Shown in pieces: positions 44,675 through 56,646 of a stretch of 64,000 nucleotides of DNA. The stretch covers positions 4,092,001 to 4,156,000 of the forward strand of contig OZ361259.1 in NCBI GenBank assembly GCA_977018835.1. Direction: 5' to 3'. The stretch comes from Minutocellus sp. GHC0000111. Its lineage: Eukaryota. Each line of letters starts with the position of its first letter. Position 1 is the first letter of the stretch. A model generated the notes under the pieces. It saw only the letters and a list, made by a program, of their open reading frames with translations, had not been told where the DNA came from and did not search any database. A program made the position numbers and the translations under genes.

Positions 44675-45457
44675 ATGGCGGCAATATTGCAGTGTATAAT
44701 ACGACACTGCTTCGATGCAGGTGATGAGAGCGGCGGCAGTGGCAGAGGTTCGGCACCACCGATGTCACGCAGAATGAGCCGATCAGTAGCGATGGCACAT
44801 GCGGATAGCATCGGGGGATACTCTCCTGCCACGATAGAAGACCCGCACGATGATGCGGCGGGCGGCTGCGACAGTGGTGGTGGTGCTCCGCTCGGTTCGG
44901 CAGACACTTTGGGAGAGGAAGGTCACAATCACAGGGGACATCGTGGCATCGAGACTGAATCTGCCACTACATCTGCTGGAGGCGGTTTGCCTGGTCTCTT
45001 TTCAAGGTTGGGGTTTGGTGGTGGCGAAAGCGCCAGGTACGACACTCTCGTACAGACATCTGGTGGTGAAGATGGTGTTGGCGATGCTGGTAGTATTCAA
45101 GATGGCTCGAGTATATCATCGTCTGGAGCCTCTCCTCTCCGGTCAGCGTCGTCCTTTGACTATGATAAGAATATGCGAAGTATACCATCGATTCAGCTTG
45201 GGGAGGTCTTGATGCCTGGTAGTGAACTCCAGAAACAAATGTCAGCTATAATGGCCAAGGATTTGGAAAGCTTGGATATAGACGATGAATGTGTCATTTG
45301 CATGGAACAATTTTGCACTGACAACCCTCGTATGCCTACATTATGTGGGTGTGGAGAAAACAAGACCTACTTCCATCTTCCGTGCCTCTATCAGTGGATT
45401 GAGCAAAGCAAAGACTGTCCATCTTGTCGCAAACGATTACGGTGGGAGGAATTCTAG
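44675..45457 (+). CDS. RING-variant zinc finger E3 ligase-like protein
   Basis: CVICME..NPRMPTLCGCGENKTYFHLPCLYQWIEQSKDCPSC. Confidence 0.88.
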   Translation: MAAILQCIIRHCFDAGDESGGSGRGSAPPMSRRMSRSVAMAHADSIGGYSPATIEDPHDDAAGGCDSGGGAPLGSADTLGEEGHNHRGHRGIETESATTSAGGGLPGLFSRLGFGGGESARYDTLVQTSGGEDGVGDAGSIQDGSSISSSGASPLRSASSFDYDKNMRSIPSIQLGEVLMPGSELQKQMSAIMAKDLESLDIDDECVICMEQFCTDNPRMPTLCGCGENKTYFHLPCLYQWIEQSKDCPSCRKRLRWEEF

Positions 45458-45665
45458 CGCTCTAGTTCTGTAAATTACAAATTTGTCACTATATAGCAAG
45501 TTGTTGTTTGTTATCATAGACCACAGTTGTAAATTCTTTTTGAATTTATGTACATAGGTAGTTCGCTGGGATTTGACCGTTGGAATTCGTTCCAACGATC
45601 ACCTAACTCGCCTACAAGTGACATTCTTTGCTGATTTGTAATATGTATATATAGGGCTATGTATT

Positions 45666-47983
45666 CTAATGAACTCCCCCGCCAAGTTCTGCCGGGATAC
45701 AATTCGATGGGATGCCGAAGCGTGCCAAAGATGAAAGGACAACAGAATCCTGACCTTCGTGCGCATGAAGAGTGAAGGATGAGTTTCGAATCCAGGGCCC
45801 GACGACAAGGTTGGTAAGCGGGGCCATTACCCGAGCAAATGTGCCAGCATGCACCAAGTGGATGCCTTTTATTTCAATGGGCGAGAATTTAAAGGTGTTG
45901 GACATTAGGGTCATCCAGGCGTAATTGGCTGACCAGGCGCTGTTCCGGTAATTGGCAATGCCGACCAAGCCCTTCTTCGCCCTCTCAGGATCGCTCGTCA
46001 AAATCCTATGGAAGCTGTACCAAACGGCTCTTGCGGCGCGCACTGGGTCGAAGGAACCTCCATGGAGCTTTTGCGGGTTGATGTAGAAGAGAGTTCGTTC
46101 ATTGGTGTCTGTATTGGGAAGAATACGAATAGCACCGCTGAGAATCAGCGCAAGATCTTCAGGGTCGAGAACAGAGTCTGAGGTGAGGGATGAGAAGGCC
46201 TTTTCAACGCCAAACAATTCTACGCGAAGGCGCCAATATCCTGCCATGCGTTTGGCGCTGGCTGCGGCTTCGAAATCGGTGCACCAAAGAAATAGTAACC
46301 ATAAGGTGACATTGTCAGTAATGTCTGGACAGCGCATTCGAGCCGTAGCGAGAGCTGGCTCGGCGTCTGAAGAGAATTTGTTCAGCTCAATTTCCAACAT
46401 TGCAAGCTCGTGGGAATATAGAGTCGCCTCGGGATCGTTATGACCACTTGAGCTGCCTTTGCTTCGATAACTGGCGAAATCTTCCTCGTCGGATGAATTA
46501 TTTATGATGTCATCTGATAGGATCTGATCAGGAGCTCTGCCGATGGCAGCGGAAGCTGTGCCACCTCCAGGACCTGCCTCGGCAGCGTTGGACACCTCCA
46601 GTATTTGCTGCTTCAAAAGTTCCTGCTGCTCATTGAGAACCTTGTGCCTGTGAATAAGAGATTCCATAACTTTGTTGTTTCCTCCGGCGGAAGCAGAAGG
46701 AGCAGATGATTCAGCGAAAGCAGCTGCAGCGGAAGCACTGCTGCTGTATGGAGGGGATGGAGTAGAAAACTCTGCGTCCATTTGAGATTGTTTCTTGGTC
46801 TTGCCTCTTCTATGGGCAGCGATTGCCATAGAAGCTCTACTGGGACCAACACTGTCGGTGCCCCCGTTTGCAGACCCGGTCGTCTGCCTTTTCATTCGCA
46901 GGGCAAGGTAAGGTTTGTCACGATGGAAAAGGGAATGGTAATACGAACCGGCATCGGGGCCACTCTTGATTCGTTTGAATCCCCATCCACGAACTTTACG
47001 AAGGAACGAACTAAAATTGTTGTGGTCAAAGTAACAGGGCAGGACGTTGCCTGCGAATTCCTTGGGATGTTCGACGCGAAAGGCGGCTCCGTCTTCGCAC
47101 CAAGAGATGATGTTGGATAGGTCAGGCCTCGATAATATTGCGTGTAACTTCACGGGGAAAGTTGCTCGTTTCGGTAGAGGGATGGATCCGCCTGTGACAG
47201 ACGAGCAAGCTTGAGACGCAGACTGTGCTGCTCCACTCCCTATGAACTCGGCGCTCGATGCGGTTTGATCATCAGCTGATTGAACTCCCTCAGGTCTCCC
47301 AGCTGCCGGGGCTGTTCCCTTTCCACTTGCGGTCTTGTCGCTTGACGTGGGCCTTCTCATCTTACTCGCCTCTTCCGGTCGATCTCGATGAAAATTTTCG
47401 TGGTAGTAGCAGCCCTCCGATGAGTCGCCTCTTGCTGCGCCGTGACCCTTCTTCTTTTTGAGGCGTTTGAAGCCCCATCCATTCAATTGTCGGGAGAAGC
47501 TCGTGTAGTTGCTGTGGTCCTGTGGGTGACGATATGAAGGGATAAGCAAAAGGTGACGAGGCTGTTCGGCATCACCGAATTACAATCAACTACAGACATG
47601 TCGAATCAGCAGGAAGTGTCAAAGATATTGCTTACAAAGTAAAAAGGCAGAAGCTCCGCTGCCAACCGATCACGGTCGAGGATCTTGAAGCAGGTGCCCT
47701 CCTGCCTCCATTCCATGATGCCGTTGGACAGCTGGCTCTGGGTCAACATGTCGTGCAGCTTGGCAGGGAACTTGACGACGGAACCAGTTTTGCCTTTCTT
47801 GCTGGACGGCGATGACTTCCTCTCACCGCTGCTGCTACCTCGTGACGACGATCTGGCCGCTGCTGCCGAGGAGAATGCGCCAGCGGCGACGCCTGACATC
47901 CCGACATCTCCATCGTCACCTCCTCCGATCAGATCATCGTCGTCAATTGTATCAAGGAATTCATCAAGATCCACGTCCGACAT
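45666..47983 (-). CDS. Heat-shock-factor protein with two HSF DNA-binding domains and a C-terminal CRAL-TRIO-like domain; exons 47983-47636, 47519-45666
   Basis: FPAKLHDML..YF/DHSNYTSFSRQLNGWGF..YYHENF and FPVKLHAIL..YFDHNNFSSFLRKVRGWGF..YYHSLF. C-terminus has LLFLWCTDF, PIEIKGIHLV and IPAELGG. GTAAGC..CAG intron is phase 0. Confidence 0.88.
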
Positions 47984-49007
47984 GATGCTCTTCTGCGCGG
48001 TTTGGCCAAATGCGCCACAGTCAAGTGAATAGATAAACGTATGAACTGCGGAACTGCTGGCAAGTCGTAGTCCAAATCGAAACGGCGGGTCTCAAAACAA
48101 AGCTACCGGCAGGTGCTCAAACAATACAATGCCGGACGAGAGTGTCGAATCGAATCGAATCGCAATAATCGGCGGTATCAAAGGACGCAGGAGCACCGTG
48201 TTGCGCAGGCACAGATACTTTTCTTCCTGCTCTGCGTTCGTCTTTTATGTGTACACAGAGAATGGGAGCGTCACTTGACAGCCGCAATTCAAGAAATGAT
48301 GGAGCTGAAATGCCGGATGCCATCTGACTGGAATGAATGATCGATCGATCGGCCAAATCAACCGGAAAACTAAACCGGACAGTTCCAGTAAAATAGTTCC
48401 AATTCACGTCATATCGACAATTGAAGGAAACACACAGAGTCACGGATAGGAAGTCTTCTCCCATAACTTGATTTCGCTGCTACTCGTCTGCTCGTCGTCC
48501 GTTGGACCGTTGTACTACGTACGTAGCTAGATCTAGTAGCTAGTACCGTTGTCCGGCACAGAAGTTCATTCTCACTGACTCTCTTTGACAACTCTAGTCT
48601 AGTAGGAATCCTTCATGTAGAGTCTAGACCTATCTTCTAGCTAGAACCTCATTCTCAGCGCGAAGGGAATGATAAAGAATCACTCAGTCCATGAACATCT
48701 AGACCTAGATCTACACGTCTAAGGATTCCTCGTTTTTTCGTGCAGTCCGTGCGCCTCTTTTGAGACCTGACTCAAATTCTTGGCCAGAACAATGACACAT
48801 GTAATCAGACCTCGGCTTTGGCAATGTCTTTACATGTATTTCAAGTCAAACCAGCCGAAAGCGGAAAGTTAGGTTCTCAAAAATAAATTACCCAAAAATG
48901 GCTTCAAATCACTGCCAACTGCCGAAATCCTTCTCTGCTTTAATCGGCAACACCAGAACAAACCTCTTCACACGGATTTGGCAGCATTTTCTTCAACATT
49001 TTTAGAG

Positions 49008-49102
49008 GCAAATAACATGAACTACATGTAATGGTGTGACCGCCAAATAACACATTTATGCAAATGACATGAACTACATGTAGTAATGATGTGACCGCCA
49101 AA
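49008..49102 (+). repeat. Imperfect ~40-bp direct repeat pair in AT-rich intergenic DNA
   Basis: gcaaat(a/g)acatgaactacatgta..atg(g/a)tgtgaccgccaaa at 49008 and 49060. Confidence 0.8.
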
Positions 49103-49238
49103 CAAGAATATCCTCCCCCCAGACCTCCACTTTTCACATGAAATAAGGATGTTGAGGCCTCATTGCACGGACTGTACATTGTAGATCTACGAATCACAAC
49201 TATTATGTTCCATATGGCATCTACCGTTCAAAATGTTG

Positions 49239-50657
49239 TCAGTCACTAGATGTACTTCGCGCATCGGGCAGTGAAATAGGTATATTTGCACGGCATGCCT
49301 CAGGATCGATTCGCACAGAATATGTGTCGATCGATCCCATTAATCTGGCGAGAACTGGTGCAATAATACTTCCGCCTGAGGCGTAGTGTGTGGTGGCATA
49401 GGCAGCAGATTCGACAAATGCAGCAATGGGATACTTATATCTAGCACCACTCGACGCCACTCCAAACTTGTCCACCCAGCCTTCTGCCAATGACGAAAGG
49501 CACCTGGCAGCATCTATTGGATCTGCATCGCGTGGTGGGCTCATGTTGCAATACGCGTTTGCGCTTGTTGCAGCGCTCGACGCAGCTTCACACTCTGCTG
49601 AAATGCCATCGATGGGACCTGACACCCGAACCAACGCCCTTATGAGCGATGGAAGAGCAACGACCGCAATTGAACCAACAGCTCCACTCACTGCAATGTA
49701 CTGACCGATGTCCATGTTAGATGTCGACTTGACAAGCTGCCACACAAACACTTTATTTGCAATCGTCAGAGCAGTTGGTTGCACGATGCCATTCATCAAC
49801 AATGCAACATTTGTGGAAGCAATGGCTTCACCGCCCACCGCCAGTGCTCTCCAAGTGCTGTTTCCGTATCGAACGTGGTGCGCTTCCGGCAATGCAATGC
49901 TCCCTATCGCTCCATCAGCAAGTAACCTCTCCACACGTCCAGTCGGCTCTTCGACGCCAGGTTGGCATTTGCGCGATATGGACCGGCACTCTGCACCAAC
50001 AATGCCCCCAGCAATACCGATGGCCACAGTTTGGGGTGATAAGTTCCCAATTTCCCCTGCCCAGTCCGTCCCCGATATTACCGATAGAAGCAGTAGAACG
50101 ATCACTTGCACCGAAAGCCAAAATGGCGGTGCACTTGGTTCACAAAGAGCATTCTTGATGTCCCGGTCGAGTGCCTTGGTACTTTCCGAGCGTTCTGGCA
50201 TGGCATCTTTTCTCGCGGCCCTTAGCACCTCCTCCAACCGTCGAGATGCGGCCAACGCAGCGGGTGATGTTGCGGGTGTCATTTCTGTTGCCTCGGAAGA
50301 AGAAGTGCCTACGAAGCGAGCGAAGCGATTGCCCGACTTTACGCTTGCCCTGCCCCTAACGTAGGTGTCCTTGTCGCCCCGGAACCACTTAATGCCGTCC
50401 CATTTGTATCCCATTTGCTTTAGCATCCTTTCCTGTCGCTCGTCGGGCTGCTGTCGCCTTTGGGTTGGTGGTGGTGGTGGTGGTGGGGGTGGGGGTGGGG
50501 GTGATGATGATGATGATGATGATGATGCATCCAGTTTTCGATTACTGTTTTGCGAAAAAGCAGCCACAGGCGACGGCGGCCATGAAATGCAAAAGAGGGC
50601 TACTAGTAGCAGCACCCATGCAGGGCGGTTGCTGCTCGGCCGTCTTACTCCCGGCAT
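49239..50657 (-). CDS. Hypothetical membrane protein, probably plastid-targeted
   Basis: 472-aa ORF; leader ends in VAA-F; poly-Ser/poly-Pro microsatellite near 50465-50528; several hydrophobic segments. Confidence 0.7.
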   Translation of the reverse strand: MPGVRRPSSNRPAWVLLLVALFCISWPPSPVAAFSQNSNRKLDASSSSSSSSPPPPPPPPPPPPTQRRQQPDERQERMLKQMGYKWDGIKWFRGDKDTYVRGRASVKSGNRFARFVGTSSSEATEMTPATSPAALAASRRLEEVLRAARKDAMPERSESTKALDRDIKNALCEPSAPPFWLSVQVIVLLLLSVISGTDWAGEIGNLSPQTVAIGIAGGIVGAECRSISRKCQPGVEEPTGRVERLLADGAIGSIALPEAHHVRYGNSTWRALAVGGEAIASTNVALLMNGIVQPTALTIANKVFVWQLVKSTSNMDIGQYIAVSGAVGSIAVVALPSLIRALVRVSGPIDGISAECEAASSAATSANAYCNMSPPRDADPIDAARCLSSLAEGWVDKFGVASSGARYKYPIAAFVESAAYATTHYASGGSIIAPVLARLMGSIDTYSVRIDPEACRANIPISLPDARSTSSD

Positions 50658-50910
50658 GTTGTCGGTGAATGCTGGCGGCTCTGCTATGGAATGGGGCGTG
50701 GCGGTTGCGGCATCGGCAAATAGGGACCCGGATGATGCCTGGCATCATCTCAACATTATTATTCAAACCTGCGCTCCTTGGATACGGTGAAGACCCTCTG
50801 CGCCGAGTCCCAATCAAATAAATAAGAACAACATTGCACAAAGCAAGCATTTTGGTTGAGTTGAGTGAGAGTCAGTCTCCATTATTCCAGCGGCATCTCC
50901 TTGCATCGTC

Positions 50911-53860
50911 ATGTTCAGGTTTGTTGCCAAAGGAGCCGAGTTGGCGGACAAAAATTTAGCTCCCGACCATCCGTACTACGTCTCCATCTCCTCCACTCCC
51001 AAGCACCGGTCGGGGAAGATCCTCACGGTCGGTCGGACCAGCAAGAACAATACCGCCGACCTGATATTCGCTAAGGATGCCAAGGCGGTGAGCCGGAACC
51101 ATCTGACGCTCCGCCTCGTGAAACTGGGTGTGCCCACGCCGGCCGGCACACCGGATGCCGATGCCGACGCCGAGGGGGTCGGTGCCGACGAGGAGGCCGA
51201 GGGCAACGCCTTTGACAAGCCTCAAAATCCCGACGAGATGGCTGCCTGTGAAGAGGCGGCCGATGGCATCATCCTGGTCCTCCATAATTCCGGCAGTCTC
51301 GGCACATCAATCGAGTACGAAGTTCCCGTTGCGGCCCTCACGGGTGAGGAAGAAGATGATGATGATAAGAAGAAGAAGCCGGATGACGAGGATACGGACG
51401 ATGATGAGACCGATGACGAAGCAGGCTCGCAAGCTGCTGCCAAGGCCGCCTCCAAGGCCAAGGCCAGTACCGGCCCCAAGACCAAGCTGGTCCAGCATCG
51501 GTTGGAGAAGGGTGAATCCTTCATTGTCAAGAGCCTGTCCCTTCCCGAGGAGGAGGAGGTCGCCAGCGACTCGCATTTGGTCTGTGCTTCGGCATTCAGC
51601 TCACTTCCCACCATCCGGGTCGGTCTTGGTTCGCCCGATATGTCCACGAATTTCCCCAAGGTCGTCTTGGAAATTACACGTGTCCCCATGAATTTGTGTG
51701 TTTCCAGAATGTGAGTGAATGCGGGTAGTTGGTGGTCAAGTATGTGGATGTTTCTCTCCATTGCATTTATTTGTCATTGTTGCTTCAGAATGATCAAACC
51801 ATCATACTGTTTGTCACTGATCGAAACATCATGCCGTTTCCTATGCTTTCTTGTTTGCAATTCTAATGCAACCATCGTTCTTTCCATACTCCTCTTTCTT
51901 TCCTTCATCGCGAAGTGACGCCAAGTCCAAGTCCAAGCTCGCCAAGATGGCGGACGAAGTGGGCGTTAATGTCGTCCACTCGAAGGAGGGCTGGTTTTCT
52001 CATCCATCCCATCCTCTTTTGGCCTACACTCATCTCCTTGCCCCGGATGTAACGCCTACTGCCAAATCGATCGCGGCATGGTGCCTCAAGACGCCCATCG
52101 TCGATCCCAACTATGTATTCAAGGGTCTTGCCGAACGCAAGGCTTTTTGTTATCCCATGCCCAAGGAGTCGGACTACAGTCCAGAAGCTGGGAAGGACAT
52201 CATGACAACAGAAGCGGCAAAGGCAGAGAACATCGGCAAGGGACCGTTCATGGGCCGACGTGACCCTCTCAAGGGATTCGTGGTTATCAGTATTGCCCCT
52301 GGTGAAACGGAATCGCTCGTCATGGCAGCTGGCGGCACAGTTTTCCGTGCATATGACTTGGATGACGATGCCTTTAATTCTGGAACGTGGCTTGATGAAC
52401 TGGAAGCGGCTCAGAAGAATCCCATTCCCACGCATCGACCTTCTGGAGCCAGTGCCGGCGGGACTGTCGTCCTAATCGAGACCTCATCGAAGAAGGTTAA
52501 GAAGCGAAGAGACTTCCTCCGCTTACGCAATATTCATGCTGTTGCTCAGAAAGAGTTTGCTAATTCAATCAACGAAATGAAGTCTGTTCTGAATACTACC
52601 GATGGCGAGCTTGTCCATGGAAGAGAGAATATGCCCAGCAGCTCCTTTCGACTTCCGTGGGGTTCTGGTGATTCTGGATCGGATGGTGCCCAATCCAAGG
52701 CTTCAATCCCCGAAGCGCAAGCGGCCCCCTCACCGGAGGAGTCGGAGGCCGCGAGACTTTCTACTATTCAGGAGGTCTCGAGGGAGGATGAATCTCGGAA
52801 CGAATCTTCCGAAAAGCCTCGGGCGGTTGATGCTAAGAAGGCGAAGAAGCCTCCCGCCATGGAGCCTGAGCCAGCAAAAGAGCCCGAACCCGAGCCGGCA
52901 AAAGAGCGCGAGGCGGAGCCAGAAGCGGAGGCCATGGCGGAGGAGCCGCAGGCTGACGATGTTGCTGCCCGTGGAAAGAGAAAGCGTGGTGGGGCTTCCA
53001 ACAAAGACCAGGGCGCCGATGCGGATGACAATGAGGCCGCTGAAGAGTCTCAGAAGGCCACCAAGCGCACCAAGACGGGTCGCTCCAGCAAGGAAGATGA
53101 TAGGCCAAAAGAAGATGAGGAAGATGAGATAATTGCCGCAAACAACCAGGATGATGATATCCCACCGACAGAGAAAGGCGCAACGCGCTCCAAGAGAAAG
53201 CGTGATGAAGAGGAAGCTGCTGTAGCTGAAGCCGAGACCGAGGCCCCTGCTGATCGTCCCAAGAAGAAGCGTAGCGGACGTAAGGCTTCCAAAGGACATG
53301 ACGACGAAAATCAAGAGAGGATCGTCAAGGCAACCTCCAACCCCAACGAGCGTCGCAAGCCTCTACCTAAGGCCAAGAAGACCGGCTGGCTCAGCGCTGC
53401 CCCCAAGGATGCCAATGAACGCGCCAAGTACAAGTCGACCAAGGCCGACCTCGACGATAGGGCCACATTCCCCTCGGAGGCAGCGATCACCGTTAAGAAG
53501 ACCAGCCTTGCCGTCCGGTCCAACGAGGAATACCATGAGCGTCGTGCCCAGATGATGGCTGCTCGGGGACGTGGCCCTCGCGTTGTCACTGGCCGTGATG
53601 GTAAGCCTGTCAAGGACTTTAAGCGCTTCCGTAAGAATACCGTCATCAGAGGCTCCACAGGAGATATCCGCTTCCGCAGCGTCTTGCCCAAGGAGTCCGA
53701 GCGTCAGCGCCAGCTTCAGCAATTGGAGCGGGAACTTGCAGAGGATACGCGTGAGGCTGATGCATTATTTTATGGTGAAGAAGCTGGAAGCATTACAAGT
53801 TTCTTCGGCAAGAGCACCACCAAGAAGAAAAAGGGATCTCGCTCGCGAGTCCGGCGTTGA
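50911..53860 (+). CDS. NBS1: Nibrin (MRN complex), join(50911..51710,51916..53860)
   Basis: FHA (LTVGR..VSRNHL..GSLGT), BRCT-like (THLL..TAKSIAAWCLKTPIV), Mre11-binding-like KDFKRFRKN and C-terminal ADALF. The GTGAGT..AAG intron restores the frame. Confidence 0.8.
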
Positions 53861-54583
53861 GTATGTAGAAGAGTAATGTATTGGTGGTAGAAAATTGAAG
53901 AGGGGGCGGTTTAGGGTTGAGTGTGAATTGTGAAGTACAAAATGACATCTAAATTGGAGTGGAGGTCTCTTCTCGAGACAACATGTGCCTATCCCAAACA
54001 ACCCATGCTTTTATATGATTCAATGCCCTTATCTGATTACATGTCAATGGAGAAGAAAAATGAAAATTAGGGGTCCCTAAAGAGGAAGGGAATGGTACCC
54101 TCGCCTCGTTGTTACTACCGGTAGGAACGGTCGAAATAAATTTGAAAGCGTTTTTATGAGAATAACAATTGAATTTCTTGCACTTCTACGGCACCGTAAT
54201 TTCTTTCCTCATGTTCCCTCCTCGATAAATCTAGTGCGTCCAAGATGTACAAGTAGATCTAGCTAAAAGAGAGTTGAGAATGAGACTAATCATTACTTCT
54301 TCAGTAACTAATCGACAAGTCCATCCCATGGTTGCGCATCACTGATAAGTCATCTTATCAGCGACAAAAAGGGCGTTTCAAGAAGTGTGGTGGGGTCCAA
54401 GAGGCATCTCTTGGTCACGTAGCAATAACCATAAACCGCCCGATGTACAGCTACAGGTCGAACCCCCGAGATTATAATATTGTGTGGACTGAGCATTATC
54501 CACCCAAATTTTAGTACAAGCATTTTTCGCATTCGGTTGCATATTCCTTTTCTTTCTTTGTTCACCGTTTGGCGGCAGTTCAA

Positions 54584-55133
54584 TTACTGAACCAAAGGCT
54601 TGAAGATCTGATCACCATAGTCATGGAACTGAAGGTCCTGAGTGATCATGCCCATGATGGCAAGCATAGCAAGACGGCCGTTGTTGATCTCCTTGTTCTG
54701 GTAGTCAACCCATCCATCGTCGCTGTTGTCGACCCAGTAGGAGGCACCAAGGATGTCACCGGGCTGGTATCCGGGTCGGGCCTTGATCTGCTGGGCGAGC
54801 CACTCGATGGCGCCGCAGCCAAGGACGAACTGGAGCCAGCCGACGGTGGGGAGCTGAGCGGCAGCCTCGAGGGGGTCAGAGGAGAGCTTGCTGTCGAAGG
54901 CGGGGTGGACTCCGGAGGCGGTGATGTACCATCCGAGGCAGGCAGCCATGGCGACACGGCCGTGCTTGAGCTCGGCCTCGCGGTACATGGCCATGGTGGC
55001 ATCGTCCTTGCCCTTGGAAAGGCCGAGGGGGTCGAAGAAGCCAACGGGGGCGGTGATACCGACGACCATGTCATCCTTCCAGCCGTTGAGGGCGGTGGAG
55101 GACTTGGCAACCTGGGCGGGAGCAAAGGCCGTG
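54584..55133 (-). CDS. Fucoxanthin-chlorophyll light-harvesting (LHC/FCP) protein, exon 2 only; signal-peptide exon not found
   Basis: AFAP, GFFDPLGL, REAELKHGRVAM and KEINNGRLAM. Upstream sequence looks intronic and ends in CAG at 55134. Confidence 0.88.
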
Positions 55134-55362
55134 CTGTTTGGGGTTGAGGTTAATGTGTACAAGATGGATAAAGAAATGGTGTGAGATGAGCAGCCTATCG
55201 GGGAGAGGTCGGTCGAGAAAGCGTTCCTAACCGACCAGCACACGAGCCTCTTCGATTCGCCGTCGCCGCCGATACACCACATGCCACTCGGCGGCCACCA
55301 CAAGCAGACCGGAAGAGGAGCAACATCAAGATATTCATTCCATGACCAAGATATGATTGCCA

Positions 55363-56271
55363 TCACGAGAAACCTGGAGTGGCGTCGTGCTCCCTTCTGT
55401 CACTGCTCAGTACACGCTTCCATATCTCGTCAGGAAGGAGCTCAGGACTGGAAGGGCGGTGAAGAGAATGCCAGAGCCAATTTAGTGTTTCGCGGTCAGT
55501 CGTTGGGAATGACCAGTGAAGGTCTCCTCGCCAGTTCATGACACTTGGAAAGCAGGGATATATACGTTGCAATACGACCTGAAATCTCTTGCGTGTGTTT
55601 TGCTTCCCATAGATCCACTTACAGTCAATATCACTCATGTTAGCCACACCAGCTGAAAGTAGCAATTCAACACTTACAACATCTCCTTTTGTAATGGCTT
55701 CCAACAAAGTTGAGAAGTGATAGCCACGCTGCTCGTAACCAAATTTCTCATCCTCTATGATTACACGTGCCTCCTTGACACGTCGCCGTAGAATCATTTC
55801 AAGACATTTGTGCTGACCGTTGCGAACTGCTGCAAACAAAGCGGAACGCCCGGCACTTGCTTCCTTGTTTTTGAGAGCATGTCCACGATCTAATAGAATC
55901 TCGAGCACACGCGTATAACCATAATATGACGCCAACGAAAGGGCAGAATCGGAATTGAAAACGTCATCGATGTTGAGATCGCATTCGATTGCAGCGTTCA
56001 CATACGATACGAGGTCTCCTTCTCGCGAGGCTCCACTTCCACCAGATGCCGCCGAAGATATGGCCATTGCTACAAAGGAGAGGCCCGTCTTGCGCAGCTC
56101 CTGTCGTTCAAAATCAGACGATTCAAACAAGCGGCGTGAGCAACGCTGCAACCGGCAGTGGCCAAGGTCGAGGTACTGCCGACGCCAGGTCTCACAGAGA
56201 TTTCGCCAGCGAAATGCAGGCTTGGTAGTGTTGCGTTTGCGAGAGGATCTGCGAACAGGAGAGGCCACCAT
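55363..56271 (-). CDS. Ankyrin-repeat protein; C-terminus possibly truncated
   Basis: SALSLASYYG..LLDRG, SALFAAVRNG..CLE and TLLEAITKGD..LLLSAG; ends shortly after LPDEIWKRVLS. Confidence 0.75.
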   Translation of the reverse strand: MVASPVRRSSRKRNTTKPAFRWRNLCETWRRQYLDLGHCRLQRCSRRLFESSDFERQELRKTGLSFVAMAISSAASGGSGASREGDLVSYVNAAIECDLNIDDVFNSDSALSLASYYGYTRVLEILLDRGHALKNKEASAGRSALFAAVRNGQHKCLEMILRRRVKEARVIIEDEKFGYEQRGYHFSTLLEAITKGDVVSVELLLSAGVANMSDIDCKWIYGKQNTRKRFQVVLQRIYPCFPSVMNWRGDLHWSFPTTDRETLNWLWHSLHRPSSPELLPDEIWKRVLSSDRREHDATPGFS

Positions 56272-56646
56272 ATCGATCTTATCCACGCTCGCTGACGACT
56301 GATGACTTACTCTTCAAATGGAAGTGAGTGTGAGATGTGAGAATTTCGCTCGAACTTTGAAAAACCCGAATTCAACCCATTGGCGTACTCCATTTATTTA
56401 TCCATCAGCCGGCCGAAGCTCGATCATGCCACCAGAATGCCACCGCCTTGTGTATGAGATATTCCGCGTATATGTGAGCGGCAGCGGCGGTAGGCACATC
56501 ATTCGCATAATTAAGTGCCGGGGGATATCCACAGAAGAGTCCTAGCTGTGTGGAGGTTACAGTTCCCTGACACATCTTGCGGCGGGCGTATCTTTTGGGA
56601 GGGCGCTGGACGGTTGGCGGTGTGACGGCCCCCAAGCAAAGTAGCG

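Noticed and set aside
55134..55366. 77-aa N-terminal extension of the LHC ORF
   Set aside because: Not signal-peptide-like; the sequence has intron features and ends in CAG.
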